From positions 21,886,001-21,950,000 of the forward strand of contig NC_073379.1 in assembly GCF_028641065.1 (NCBI RefSeq): DNA of 64,000 nucleotides, in the 5' to 3' direction. The stretch is from Leucoraja erinacea. Its lineage: Eukaryota. Under the pieces are notes generated by a model. It made no database searches. It was not told the DNA's origin and saw nothing but the letters and a program-made list of their open reading frames with translations. How positions within the stretch are numbered: the first letter of the stretch is position 1; each line of letters begins with the position of its first letter. Positions 12,470-24,620 of the stretch are shown one piece after another. The position numbers and the translations under genes are program-made.

Positions 12470-13850
12470 TATTCATCCAAACAGTGGCCTAAGGTAAGCT
12501 TGGTCTTGCCAATGTAAAATAGGCCACTTTGAGAGCATCTAATGCACTAGATGTGTAAGAAGAGCCACTTGTGAACTTCTGTCTCACCTGGAAGGGCTGC
12601 TGGGGTACATGGATGGATGTGAGGGAGGTGGGTAAGAACAGGTGGTAGGTCTCCTCCAGTTGCATGGGAAAGTACCTGCGAGAGAGTGCTTTGGGTGGGA
12701 AGGGATGAGTGAACCAAGGAGTGGCGGAGTAAATGGTCTCTGTGGGAAGCGGAAACGTATGGTGATGGGAAGATGTAACTGGTAGTGGGATCACATTGAA
12801 GGTGGTGAAAATAACAGAATGATGTAGGATGCAGAAGCTGGTGGGGGTAAATGAAAGCTTTATCCTTGTTCTGTCTGGGGGAGGGGGAGCGAGAGCTGAG
12901 CTACAAGATACAGAAGACATGTGAATGAGGGATCCATCTTCAACAGCAGAGGGGAATTCATGTTTGCTAAAGAAACATCTCAGATGTCCTCGAGGTGAAA
13001 GGGTCACCTTGGGAGCAAATGCAGAAGAGACCTAGAACTGAGAGTAGGGAATGGCATCTTTGCAAGAGGTAGGTTGGGAGAAGGTATAGTCCAGATAATT
13101 GTAGGATTCAGTGGATTTATGGTAGACGTCAGTTGATATTCTGTCCCCAGTGTCAGAGATAGCCCAAGTGAATCTGAGGACTGGGTGGAAGTTTGTGGTA
13201 AAGTTAATGAAATAAACTAGTTCTGCCCGGATGAGCCCCAACGCAATCATTAAACTAGCGGAGAAATAGGAAGGGGGTGGTGTCAGATAATGCTATCTGT
13301 GGGAGTCAGTGGGATTACAGTGGACGTCCATCAATAGTCTGTCCCCTTTGTTGGAGAGAGAGAAAAAAATGGGAGAGATGTGCCAAGGATGCTCCAAGAG
13401 AATTTGAAGGCAGGGTAAAAATTAGTGAAAATGTGAATGAATTCTGCATGGGTACAGGAGGCAGCCCTGATGCAGCCATTGACATAGTTGATTTGGGGGT
13501 GGTGCTCGTTTACATTTGGAACATGGACTGCCACGTAACCAACAAAAAGGCATAGCTGTGACCCATGCCCATGGCTACTTCCATGGTATAGATGAATCAA
13601 TGGGGGCCTAAGAATTGAAAGATATTAAATTGTTGAAGACATGTGAGGTGTCTCGAATGTAGGTCGGAAGATTCTGGACATGGGGAACAAGATGGAATCA
13701 AGCTATTTGGATACGAGTTCTATGGGACAGGAGCAAGCAGAAAGAATGTATCTATTTTGTCTGTAGGGTCATAGTCCAGTAGTAGTTATGAAGAGATGTC
13801 TGACAGTTGGCATCTGGCCTCTAATGGTCAGCCTGCCATATTAAAATGAT
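12470..13850 (-). mobile_element. Penelope-like element remnant (RT and GIY-YIG region)
   Basis: ORF 13032-13250(-) has STDVYHKSTESYNYLDYT...CKDAIPYSQF, typical of PLE RT. Other PLE pieces at ~10285-10710, 16615-16960, 17200-17260 (IYWIRCSKCGLLYIVETK) and 36830-37190. Confidence 0.75.
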
Positions 13851-13884
13851 ACTTGTCCACAAGTTTGGATTGTTACTGAGTGAG

Positions 13885-14850
13885 GGCTTTTCCTGGATGG
13901 CTGCCAGTGACTAGCGGTGTTCTGCAACGGGTCGGTTCTGAGGCCACTACTCTTCACGTTATATATCAGTGATTTGAATGAGGGAATTGAAGGCTTTGTG
14001 GCCATGTTTATGGATTATACAAAGATAGGGGGAGGGCGAGTAGTGTAGCGAAAGCAGGGACTCTGCAGAAGAACTTGGACAGGTTGGGAGAATGGGCTAA
14101 GAAGTGGCAGATGGAATATAATCTAGCAAAGTGTGGAGTTGTGCGTTTTGGTAGTAGGACTAAAGGCATAGACTTTTTAAAATGGGGAGAGGATTCAGAA
14201 ATCGGAGGTGCAAAGGGACTTGAGAGTGCTGGTGCAGGATTACCAAAAGGTTAATTTGCAAGATGAATCGGTAGTAAGGAAGGCAAATGCAATGTTAATA
14301 TTTATTTCGAGAGGACAGAGTATAAAAACAGGGATGTGATGCTGAGCCTCTACAAGGTGCTGGTCAGGCCACATCTGGAGTATGGTGAGCTGTTTTGGTC
14401 CCCATATCTGAGGAAGGATGTGCTGGTGTTGGAGAGGGTCCAGGTATGGTTTATGAGAATGATCCCGAGGATAATTGGGTTAACATATGATGAGCTTTTG
14501 ACTGCACTGGGCCTGTACTTGCTGACGTTTAGAAGGATAAGGGGGGGGGGGAGACCTCATTGAAACGTACTGAATCGTGAAATGCCTGGATTGAGTGGTT
14601 GCTGAGAGGATTTTTCTACTAGCGGGAGAGTCTAGGACCAGAGGACATAGCCTCAGAATAAAAGGACGTGCCTTTAGAAAAGAGATGAGGAAGAATTTAT
14701 TTTGGCAGAGGGTGGTGTATCTGTGGAATCCATTGCCACAGACAGCTGTGGAGCCCAAATCATTAGGTATTTTTAGGCTGAAGAATAACGGATTCTTCAT
14801 TAGTAAGGGTGTCAAGGGTTATGGAGAGAAGGCTGGAGAGTGGGATTTGA
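13885..14850 (+). mobile_element. CR1 (HER1-like) LINE 3' fragment
   Basis: LYKVLVRPHLEYG..WSPYLRKDV..LERVQ and SRTRGHSLRIKG..QRVV.LWN.LP motifs. Confidence 0.85.
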
Positions 14851-17819
14851 TGGGGCGAATGGCCTATAAAGGTGCATTCAAGTCTTCCTGGCTCTTATAC
14901 TCGATGCCCAGACCTTTAAAAGCAAGCATAACATCTGCCTTGGTTTCATCACTATACCTGGGTTGGCACCTTCATGGAGTAATGGACTTGGGACCCAAGA
15001 TCCCTCTGTACATCAATGCTGCTGTCAAAGAACTTACCATTAATTGTATATTTTCCCCCTGCATTCGACCTTCCAAAGTGCAACACCTCACATTTGCTCG
15101 GATTAAACTCCCATCTGCCATTTCTCCACCCGTTTCGGTAGCTGATCATTATCCCACTGTACATTTTTGTCAGCATTTTTCACAATTCTCAACCCCGACA
15201 ATATTGGTGCCGTTTGCAAACTTTCTAACTAACCCATCCACGTTAAGACCTTCAGCCGAATTATTCCCCTTCCACCACATTATTATGATGCCCTACTGAA
15301 ATAATCAAAGGTATTTTTTTTAATAGTCACATTCACATACTAGGACCAGAGGACATAGCCTCAGAATAAAAGGACGCGCCTTTAGAAAAGAGATGAGGAG
15401 GAATTTATTTTGGCAGAGGGTGGTGAATCTGTGGAATCCATTGCCACAGACAGCTGTGGAGCCCAGGAGTAGTGAAGTGAAATGCTTTTTGCCATTTTGC
15501 AGCACACACAAAAAGAATACAGACATAACACCAATGGGAGTCTTAAACACATAGAACATCCCCCCACAATGGCTCCCACCATGAGGGAAGGCACAAAGTC
15601 CAGTCCCCAACCCCAGTTCACCCATGGTCGGGCCTATTGAGGCCTCCACAGTTGCCTCTACGGAGGCCCGATGTTCCTGGCCGTTCTCGCCGGGTGATGT
15701 TGCTCCGGCATCGGAAGAGTCCTCCCAGCGGCCTGGGAACCCTGGAACGGCCGCTGGGACTATTGAATGTGACAAAGACACTCTATATTGGCAATGCCTG
15801 CATAGACTTCTTGCAGTAAGTAAAACATTTTTCCATACGGTTGGCAATCATTTTTCCAAGGAAGCTTACCTTAAATGTTACAAATAAATGTTACCAATCG
15901 ACTCAGCACGATGAATTACATCAACTACAATTGTTTGCAACAGGGTATTGTGAAAGTCTGCTGAAATAAGGTGATTGAATGTGACGCAGCTACTGCCTAT
16001 TGGAAATGCCTAAACTGCTTGGACCGAGTAGAACGCTTTTCCATACGGTATAGCAATAACTTTTCCTTGGAAGGTTGTACACCAAATCAGCCATGATCAC
16101 ATTGAATGGCGGTGGTGTCTTGAAGGGCCGAATGGCCTACTACTGCACCTATTGTCTATTGTCTAAATAAATAATACCATTTGATTAAGGATCATGAATG
16201 ACATCAAGTAAACATGTTTGCAACAGATTATTGTGAAGGTCTGATTAAATAAAGGCAATTGAATGTGAAATATTACACTGTATGGGGAAATACCTAACTG
16301 CTTGCACTAAATAGAAAACTTTTCCATACAGTTGGCAATAACTTTTTCTAGGAAGGTTGTACTATACAAGTTACAATTCAATTCGGAACCATGAATTACA
16401 CCAGGCAGGTAAGTTGCAGAGTTTTTTGTGAAAGTCTGCTGAAATAAAGGCAATTGAATGTGACATAGCTTCACAGTTTTGGAAATGGCTGACTAGACTG
16501 CTTGCACTAAGTAGAAAATGTTTCCATACGGCAGGCAATAACCATACAACCAAATACATGTTAGGAGTCGAATACGCAGCATGGGCGACATCAAATAGAC
16601 ATGTTTGCAAGAGGTAGATGCAAAATGCTAGAGTAACTCAGGCAGCATCTCTGGAAAAAAGGAATAGGTGACGTTTTGGGTCGCCACCCTTCATCAGACT
16701 GAGAGGGAAACTAGAGGTATGAAAAGGTACATGAATAGGTCAGAGGCGGCACCGATGACCAAAGAGCCCATAATGGTCCTTTGTTGGCTGCGGAAGAGGT
16801 GATAATGAGGGGACATGAGCAGTTAAATTAGCAGGACAACTAGGACGGGGGAGGGACTGAGAGAGCGTGAATGCAATCAGAGAAATCAATATTCACACCA
16901 CTGGGTTGTAAGCTACCCAAGCGAAATATGAGGTGCTGTTCCTCCAATTTGAGTGTGGCATCTAGAAGGGTTTCGGCCCGAAACGTTGCCTATTTCCTTC
17001 GCTCCATAGATGCTGCTGCACCCGCTGAGTTTCTCCAGCTTTTTTGTGTAACCTTCGATTCTCCAGCATCTGCAGTTCCCTCTTAAAAACTGAGGGTGGC
17101 ATCTCTCTGTGGAGGAGGCCCAGGACAGAAAGGTCACTATAGAAAAGGGAAAGGAAGTTAAAAAAAAGCAACAGGGAGATGGCGTAGGCCAAGGCGGACT
17201 GAGCATCTACTGGATCCGTTGTTCCAAGTGTGGACTCCTATATATTGTTGAGACTAAGGGCAGAATGGTGTACAATCAAATAAATGTTACAATCCATTCT
17301 GCACCATGCATTACATCAACTAAACTTGTTTGCAAGAGGTTATTTAGAAGGTCTAATGAAATAAAGCCAATTGCATGTGGTATAGCTACTTTGTATTGCT
17401 ATGACTAACCAGTCTGCATGCACTAAGTGTAGACAAGGATAGACAAAGGAGAGTCGGTGGATGTGCTTTACCTAGATTTTCATGCCTTTAATAAGGTGCT
17501 GCACGTGAGGCAGCTAAAGAAGATGAGAGCCCGTGGTATGAGAGGGAAGGTACTAGTATGGATAGCAGGTTGGCTGAATGGCAGAAGGCAAAGATTGGCA
17601 ATAAAGGGGGCTTTTTCCTTGTTGGCTGCCAGTTACTAGTGGTGTTCTGCAAGGGTTAGTGTTGGTTCAGCTACTCTTCACATTGTCTATCAATAATTTG
17701 AAATATAACAGCTTTGGAAACACTGACTTACTCTGTTTACAGCAAGCAGCGTTCACTTCCATGAATCTTCCAATAACTTTTCAGGGCAATGTGCTGCAAT
17801 CAAATAAACGACTCCATAT

Positions 17820-18580
17820 AACCATATTAACAATTACAGCACGGAAACAGGCCATCTCGACCCTTCTATTCCGTGCCGAACACGTATTCTCCCCTAGTCC
17901 CATATACCTGCGCTCAGACCATAACCCTCCATTCCTTTCCCGTCCATATAACTATCCAATTTATTTTTAAATGATAAAAACGAACCTGCCTCCACCACCT
18001 TCACTGGAAGCTCATTCCACACAGCCACCACTCTCTGAGTAAAGAAGTTCCCCCTCATGTTACCCCTAAACTTCTGTCCCTTAATTCTCAAGTCATATCC
18101 CCTTGTTTGAATCTTCCCTACTCTCAGTGGGAAAAGCTTATCCACGTCAACTCAGTCTATCCCTTTCATCATTTTAAAGACCTCTATCAAGTCCCCCTTA
18201 ACCTTCTGCGCTCCAAAGAATAAAGCCCTAACTTGTTCAACCTTTCTCTGTAACTTAGTTGCTGAAACCCAGGCAACATTCTAGTAAAAAGGTACACAAA
18301 TTTGCTGAAGAAACTCAGCGGGTGCAGCAGCATCTATGGAGCGAAGGAAATAGGCGACGTTTTGGGCCGAAACCCTTCTTCAGACTGTTGCATCATCAAC
18401 ACGTCAGTCTGAAGAAGGGTTTTGGCCCAAAACGCCGTCTATTTCCTTCGCTCCATAGATGCTGCTGCACCCGCTGAGTTTCTCCAGCAATTTTGTGTAC
18501 CTTCGATCTTCCAGCATCTGCAGTTCCTTCTTGAACACAACATTCTAGTAAATCTCCTCTGTACTCTCTCTATTTTGTTG
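17820..18580 (-). mobile_element. CR1 3' fragment with a nested hammerhead insert
   Basis: ORF 17894-18145(-) has TRGYDLRIKGQKFRGNMRGNFFTQRVVAVWNELP. Confidence 0.8.
18289..18537. mobile_element. Inverted-dimer Penelope-derived hammerhead unit
   Basis: Two oppositely oriented CTGAAGAAGGGTTT(C/T)GGCCCAAAACG units; 15-bp TSD CAACATTCTAGTAAA (18274-18288 / 18538-18552). Confidence 0.8.
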
Positions 18581-19825
18581 ACTCCAATCGATTCAGCTTC
18601 ATGAGATACATCAGAATGGTTAGTTTACAACACGTTATTACTAACTACATGGTAATCCAAGGCCAATGTATGAAAAATAACACTACTGCTTAGAAATCAC
18701 TGAATTAGTCTGTTTGCAGCAAGTAGCATTCACTTCTTTGAATCTTGCAATCACTTTTCAGGGCAAGGTGCTATAATAAAATAGATGAATCCAATGATTC
18801 GGCTTCATGAGTTCTCTGAAAATTTAGTTTACAACCCAGTATTACTGACAGCATGTGCGATAGAGGATGATGTATGGAAAATAATACAGCTTTGGAAAAT
18901 CTGAATTAGTCTGTTTGCAACAAGCAACGTTCACTTCCATGAATCTTGCAACAACTTTTCAGTGCAAGGTGCTACAATCAAATAAATGACTCCAATCTAT
19001 TCAGCTGCCTAAGATACATCAGAAAAGTTAGTTCACACCACGTTATTACTAACTACATGTTAGTTAGAGGTCGATATATGGAAAAGCACTCTATAGCTTT
19101 GGCAACACTGCCTCAGTCTATTTGCAAGAAGCAGCATTCGCTTCCATGCCAGCAGCGGGCCGGGACACCAGCCGCAGTCAGACTGTAGAGGAGGATTCGC
19201 CCCACAGGGCGCCGCTGCCGACAGAGAAGCTGGCGCAGAGCGAGTGGTCGAAGTGAGATCGTCAAGACGGAGCCTCGAGGTTGAGGCGGAGTCCCCGCAG
19301 TCGAGATCGGGTCGGATCCTGGAGGTCGGGACATATCGCCGAGAACAAAGGGGGTCCCGACCTGGGTGGACCGGAGACATATGTAAATAACTACAGCTTT
19401 GGAAATACTGGATTTGTCTGTTTGCAGATAACGCATTCGCTACCATTACTCCTGAAATAACTTTTCAGGGCAAAGAGCGACAATAACTAAATGACCAATC
19501 AATTCAGCCTCATGAGATACATTAGAAAGGTTGGTTTACAACATGTTATTACTAACTACATTTCAGTTAGAAACCGATTAATGGAAAATACCTCTGCAGC
19601 TTTGGAAAGACTGAATTAGTCTGTTTGTGGAAAGCAGCATTGACTTCCAATAACCTTGGGCAAGGAGTTACAATCAAATAAATGTCACCGATCAATTCAG
19701 CTTCATTTGAAAAGTAAGATTACAATATGTTATTACTAACTACATTTTAGTTAGAGGCCGATATATGGAAAATAACTACAGCTTTGGAAATACTGAATTA
19801 GTCTGCAGAAAACAACACTCACTTC

Positions 19826-19919
19826 AAGTCTGAAGAAGGGTTTCTGCCCGAAACGTTGCCTATTTCCTTCGCTCCATAGATGCTGCTGCACCCGCTGAGT
19901 TTCTCCAGCATTTTTGTGT
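19826..19919 (+). mobile_element. 94-bp Penelope-derived hammerhead insert in the satellite
   Basis: CTGAAGAAGGGTTTCTGCCCGAAACG; 11-bp TSD ACACTCACTTC (19815-19825 / 19920-19930). Confidence 0.75.
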
Positions 19920-21464
19920 ACACTCACTTCTATGAACCTTGCAGTTCAAGGGAAGGAGCTACAATCAAAGAAATAACACCAGTCGAGTCAGCTTCATGAG
20001 ATACATCAGAAAGATTAGTTTACGACAGGTTATTACTAACTACGTTTTAGTTAGCGGGCGATATATGGAAAATACTTCTACGGCGTTGGAAACACCGAAT
20101 TAGTCTGTTAGCAGAAAGCAGCATTCACTTCCATGAATCATGCAGTAACCTTGCAGGGCAAGGGGCTACCATCAAATGAATAACACCATTCAATGTAGCT
20201 TCACGAGATATATCGGAAAACTAAGATTACAAGATGTTGTTACTAACTAAATTTTTATTTAGAAGCCGATTGAGTTGTGTGTGGAATTCTCTGCCTCAGA
20301 GGAGGTGGAGGCCAGTTCTCTGGATACTTTCAAGAGAGAGCTAGATGGGGCTGTTAAATATAGTGGAGTCGGGGATATGGGGAGAAGGCAGGAAAGGGGT
20401 ACTGATTGGGGATGATCAGCCATTGAATGGCAGTGCTGGCTCGAAGGGCCGAATGGCCCACTACTGCGCCTATTGTCTATTGTCTAAATACTTCTAGAGC
20501 TTTGCAAACACTGAATTAGTCTTGGGCAATAACAAGCAGGTTGTTACAATCAAATAAATGACACCAATCAGTTCAGCTTCATGACATACATTAAAAAAAA
20601 GGTTACTTTACAACGTTATAACTAACTATGCTTGTTCAAGCAGATATATGGGAAATAACTGCTGCTTTAGAAACTGAATTAGTCTGCAGGAAGCAACATT
20701 CTCTTCATTATACCAGCAATAACCAAGTAAGGTGCTACAATTAAAGAACTTACTCCAATCAATTCAGCCTCATGAGATACATTAGAAAAGTTAGTTTACA
20801 ACATTATTACTAACTATATTTTATTTTGAGGCAGATATATAGAAAACTAGGCCAAGTGGGGCCTATTGGGTCCCGTCCTGTCAACGCGCAGTTGCAGGGG
20901 GGGGGCAGCCTGTTGGAGCATACACACACACTAACCACCCCCAACACACACACACACACACTAACCCCCCTCCCCCCCACCTCCTTGATATTATATCAAT
21001 ATTATAATTAATGCTTAATTAAGAGAGAGACAGAAGGAACTGCAGATTCTGGTTTACCAAAAAAGACACGCTCTACAGCAAGCAATGTTCACTTCCATAA
21101 ATCCTGCAATACCTTTTCAAGGCAATGTGCTACAATCAAATAAATTACACTAATAAATTCAGCCTCATCAGATACATTAAAAAAAGTTAGTTTACAACAT
21201 GTTATTACTAACTTAATTTTAGTTAGAAGCTGATATATATGGAAAATAAGTCTACAGCTTTGTAAATACTGAATGTGTCTGTTTGCTGAAGTAGTATTCA
21301 CTTCCATGAATCTGGCAATAACTTTTCAAGGCAAGTTGCTGCAATCAAAGAAATAACACCAATCGAGTCAGCTTGATGAGATACGTCAGAAACGTTAAGG
21401 TACAACATGTTATTACTAATTGCATTTTATGTCGAAGCCTATATATGGAAAATAACAACAGCAT

Positions 21465-22390
21465 TGGTTGGTGGCGGCGCCTAACGGCAGCGGCTCGACT
21501 ACAGTCGTCCATCTTTTTTTTATTTTTGTCTTGTTAAATGGATGTTTTGAGCTTAATAAAAACTAAGCTCAAAACATACATTTAGCTGTGTATATGTGAG
21601 TGGGGTGAGGTGGGGCGGAAGGGGGGGATGTGGGGGAAACCGTTTAATCTCTTCCCTGTACGGGGACCTGACTTTTCCCTGTCGGGTCTCCGGTGTCGTT
21701 GGGCCTAACACTGAGGAGCCGTCGGCGGACTCCGGCCGGGACCAACCGGGGGATCCAGTCGCGGAGCCTGTGGACCAGACAACGCAAAGCTGGCCAACTT
21801 CAGAGCGGGGAGAGCTGTGGTGATGCGTGGTTGCGACCCGACTTTGGAGCGTCGGAAGCTCCGGCTGCAGGCCCGATGGACAGGAACATCGGGAGCTCCA
21901 GGTCCCTGGGGGGAGACGGCTTTTCGGAGCTCCCGCAACGGCAGCTTCTCCCGCTGGAATCGCGGGGTTGAAAGGACACGAAGCGTGGCCTAACATCGCC
22001 CGGTGCTGATTAGTGGCCACGGGACTTACCATCACCCGCCGGTTCTCCTAGACGCTACAGTTGGACTGCTGGACTGGTTGGTCTGCTTGATCCGCGGGGT
22101 TTAAAGGACACGAGGCTGGGGCCTAACATCGCCTGGCGTGGCTAAATGGCCACAGGACTTGCCATCGTCTTTAACATCGGAGCCCCAGTTCGCCTAGACA
22201 CTGCAGTTAGACCGCGGGTGAAGAATAAAGGGAAGAGATAAGGCTTTGCCTTCCATCACAGTGAGGAGGTGTTGGAGACTCACTGTGATGGATGTTTATG
22301 TAACCTGTGTTAAGTGTGGGCCTTGGGTTTTTTTGTAATGTAAAAAACTAGTAAATGTAATTTCGTTCAAACCTAGGTTTCGCATTCCAT
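21465..22390 (+). mobile_element. GC-rich non-autonomous repeat family with a 3' CCATCACAG hairpin
   Basis: Homologous to ~25400-26300(-), 46790-47625(+) and 55965-56765(+). Confidence 0.65.
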
Positions 22391-23844
22391 TCGAAACACT
22401 GAATGAGTCTATTTTCAGCAGGCAGCATTAATTTCTATGAATCCTGCAATAAATTTACAAGTTGCTACTATAACTAAATGCCACCAATCGATTCAGCCTC
22501 ATGAGATACATTAAAAATGTTGGTTTACAACATGGTATGACTAACTATTTAGTTAGCAGTTGATATATGGAAAATATCTCTTGAGCGTTGGAAACGCTGA
22601 ATGAATCTCTTTGCAGAAAGCAGCATTCACTTCCATGAATTTAGTAGTGACTTTTCAAGGCAAGGTGCGACAATCAAAGAAATGACTCCAATCGATTCAC
22701 CTTCATTTGATACATTAGAAAAGTTTGTTTTCAACAGGTTATTACTAACTATATAACTTTAATATATCTCTAACTAGAGGTCTAAATATGGAACATAACT
22801 ACAGTTTTGGAAACACTAAATAAGTCTGTTTGCAGTAAACAACATTCACTTCCATAAATCTTGCAATAACTTTTCAGGGCAAGGTAGTACAATCAAATAA
22901 ATTAATCCAATTGATTCAACTTCATGAGATACATTAAATAAGTGAGTTTACATCATGTAAACTGCAACACCTCTCCCTTTTCTGTAATAAATTCTATTAA
23001 CCATTCCTCAGCCCATCCGATCAAGATCTTGCTGTAATTTTTGACAACCATTTTTATTATCTACATTTCCACCCACTTTTGTGCCATCAGCAAACTTGCT
23101 GATCATGCCTTGTACGTTCTCATCCAAATAATTGGTATAGAAGACAAGCAGTAATGGGCCCAACATTGAACCGTGAGGAACACCACTAGTCACAGGCCCC
23201 TGAAAAGCAACCTTCCACCATTCCTTCCATTAAGCCAATTTTCTATCCATTCAGCTAACTCTGTTTTGATCCCATGCGATCTAACCTTTCGGGACAGCCA
23301 ACCATGCAGAACTTTTTTGAATGCTTGTACTTGTATATGGCTTGATTGAACGCATGTATGGTGTGATTAGATGTAAACAAAGCTATTCACTGTATCTTGC
23401 CATACCTGACAGCTATAAACCAATGTCAATATGTATTACGAAGACTGCCTTCTACACCGCCACCGCCCCTCTCGATCCCCTACGATACTGAGCCTACGTA
23501 TGAAGCCCCACATTTTATTTACCCATTCTTCAGGACCTTGGCATCATCACAAAGCCTGGCAAATATTGTCCCTTCCTTATTGCTCTCCAAGAGGGAATTG
23601 CTAGTCAGTCATATGGTATTTAACAGTCAACAGCATTGGTGTAGAAACAAAGAACTGTAGATTGTGGTTTATACCAGATATAGACACAGTGTAGGAGTAA
23701 CTCACTGGGTTAGGCGGCATCTCTCAAGAAAAAGAAGAGATGACGTTTCAGGTTGGGACATTTCTTCTTTCTCCAGAGATGCTGCCTGATGTGTTAAATT
23801 ATTCCGGCACGTTGTGCCTTTCAACAGCATTGAGTAGGTTTGGA

Positions 23845-23898
23845 GGGTTGGGAGATTGCAACCTTCACGTGGTCCACCCTGTTTCAATGAATGCAATC
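23845..23898 (+). ncRNA. HDV/CPEB3-like ribozyme fold (copy 2; catalytic C mutated to T)
   Basis: GGGTTGG-GA-GATTGCA-ACC-TTCACGT-GGT-CCACCCT-G-TTTCAA-T-GAA-TGCAATC; perfect P2 and P3, L3 identical to the CPEB3 loop as recalled. Confidence 0.75.
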
Positions 23899-23983
23899 AG
23901 CCTGGTGTGCACAATCAAATAAGATCAAATAGAACAAGTTGTCCTACAACTTTAGTCTGTGCACGCCATACGCAAGAAGAAGA
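23845..23983 (+). mobile_element. HDV-ribozyme-headed retroposon, copy 2
   Basis: 13-bp TSD AGTAGGTTTGGAG (23833-23845 / 23984-23996); tail GCCATACGCAAGAAGAAGAA. Confidence 0.85.
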
Positions 23984-24580
23984 AGTAGGTTTGGAGACAC
24001 AAGAACCTCTGCCCGGGTTCATAAGTTCTAGGAGCAGACTTAAGCCATTCAGCCCATCAAGTCTACTACTCCATCATTAAATCATGGCTGATCTATCTTT
24101 CCCTCTCAACCCCATTCTTTCGTCTTTTCCTCATAACCTCTGACACTCATACTAATAAAAAATCTGTCAGTCCACCTTAAAAATATCCATTGACTTGGCC
24201 TCCACAGCCTTTTGTGGCAATGAATCACCACCCTATGACTAAATAAATTCTACCCCATTAGGTAATGCTGGGCAGATGTCCTCTACTGAAGGTGTTAAGT
24301 GAACCAGATGGATTTTACAACAAACATTTCTTGAAGTTATCAATGCTGTTGACTAGTAAATTCAAGTTAATTAACTGAATGCAAATTTTGCAGCTGCTGT
24401 GGTGTAAGTCAGATTCAGTTCTCTATTTTAGTCCAGGCCACTGTATTACCATTTCCATAAGGCACCAGCGCACGACTACCTTTTGTGGGCAGGGACTTCC
24501 CAAATCAGTGCTAGCACTAAAGATAGACACAAAATACTGGAGTAACTCAGCGGGTCAGGCAGCATCTCTGGAGAAAAGGA

Positions 24581-24620
24581 ATAGGTGACGTTTCGGGTCG
24601 AGACCCTTCATCAGACTGAG
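24581..24620 (-). ncRNA. Minimal type I hammerhead ribozyme motif (Penelope pLTR-type), best-preserved copy
   Basis: Minus strand reads CTGATGA-A-GGGTC-TC-GACCC-GAAA-CG-TC^ACC. It is part of an inverted arrangement spanning 24520-24895. Confidence 0.65.

Larger units (their letters stand above)
15760..22960. repeat. Decayed tandem satellite, ~200-210-bp unit, interrupted by many TE insertions
   Basis: Recurring ATATGGAAAATAACTACAGCTTTGGAAA...CTTCCATGAATCTTGCAATAACTTTTC...TTATTACTAACTA unit (e.g. 18871, 19075; 21240, 21445). A diverged subtype occupies 15760-17430. Confidence 0.85.

Noticed and set aside
14595-15299. 234-aa ORF
   Set aside because: Chimera of sense and antisense CR1 fragments.
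19150-19380. GC-rich insert in the satellite as an exon
   Set aside because: No convincing splice sites or recognisable protein; probably a TE fragment.
15760-22960. Repeat array as CRISPR, miR-430-like cluster or coding repeat
   Set aside because: Eukaryotic context; whole units are homologous with no unique spacers; no recurring AAGTGC seed hairpin; stops in all frames.
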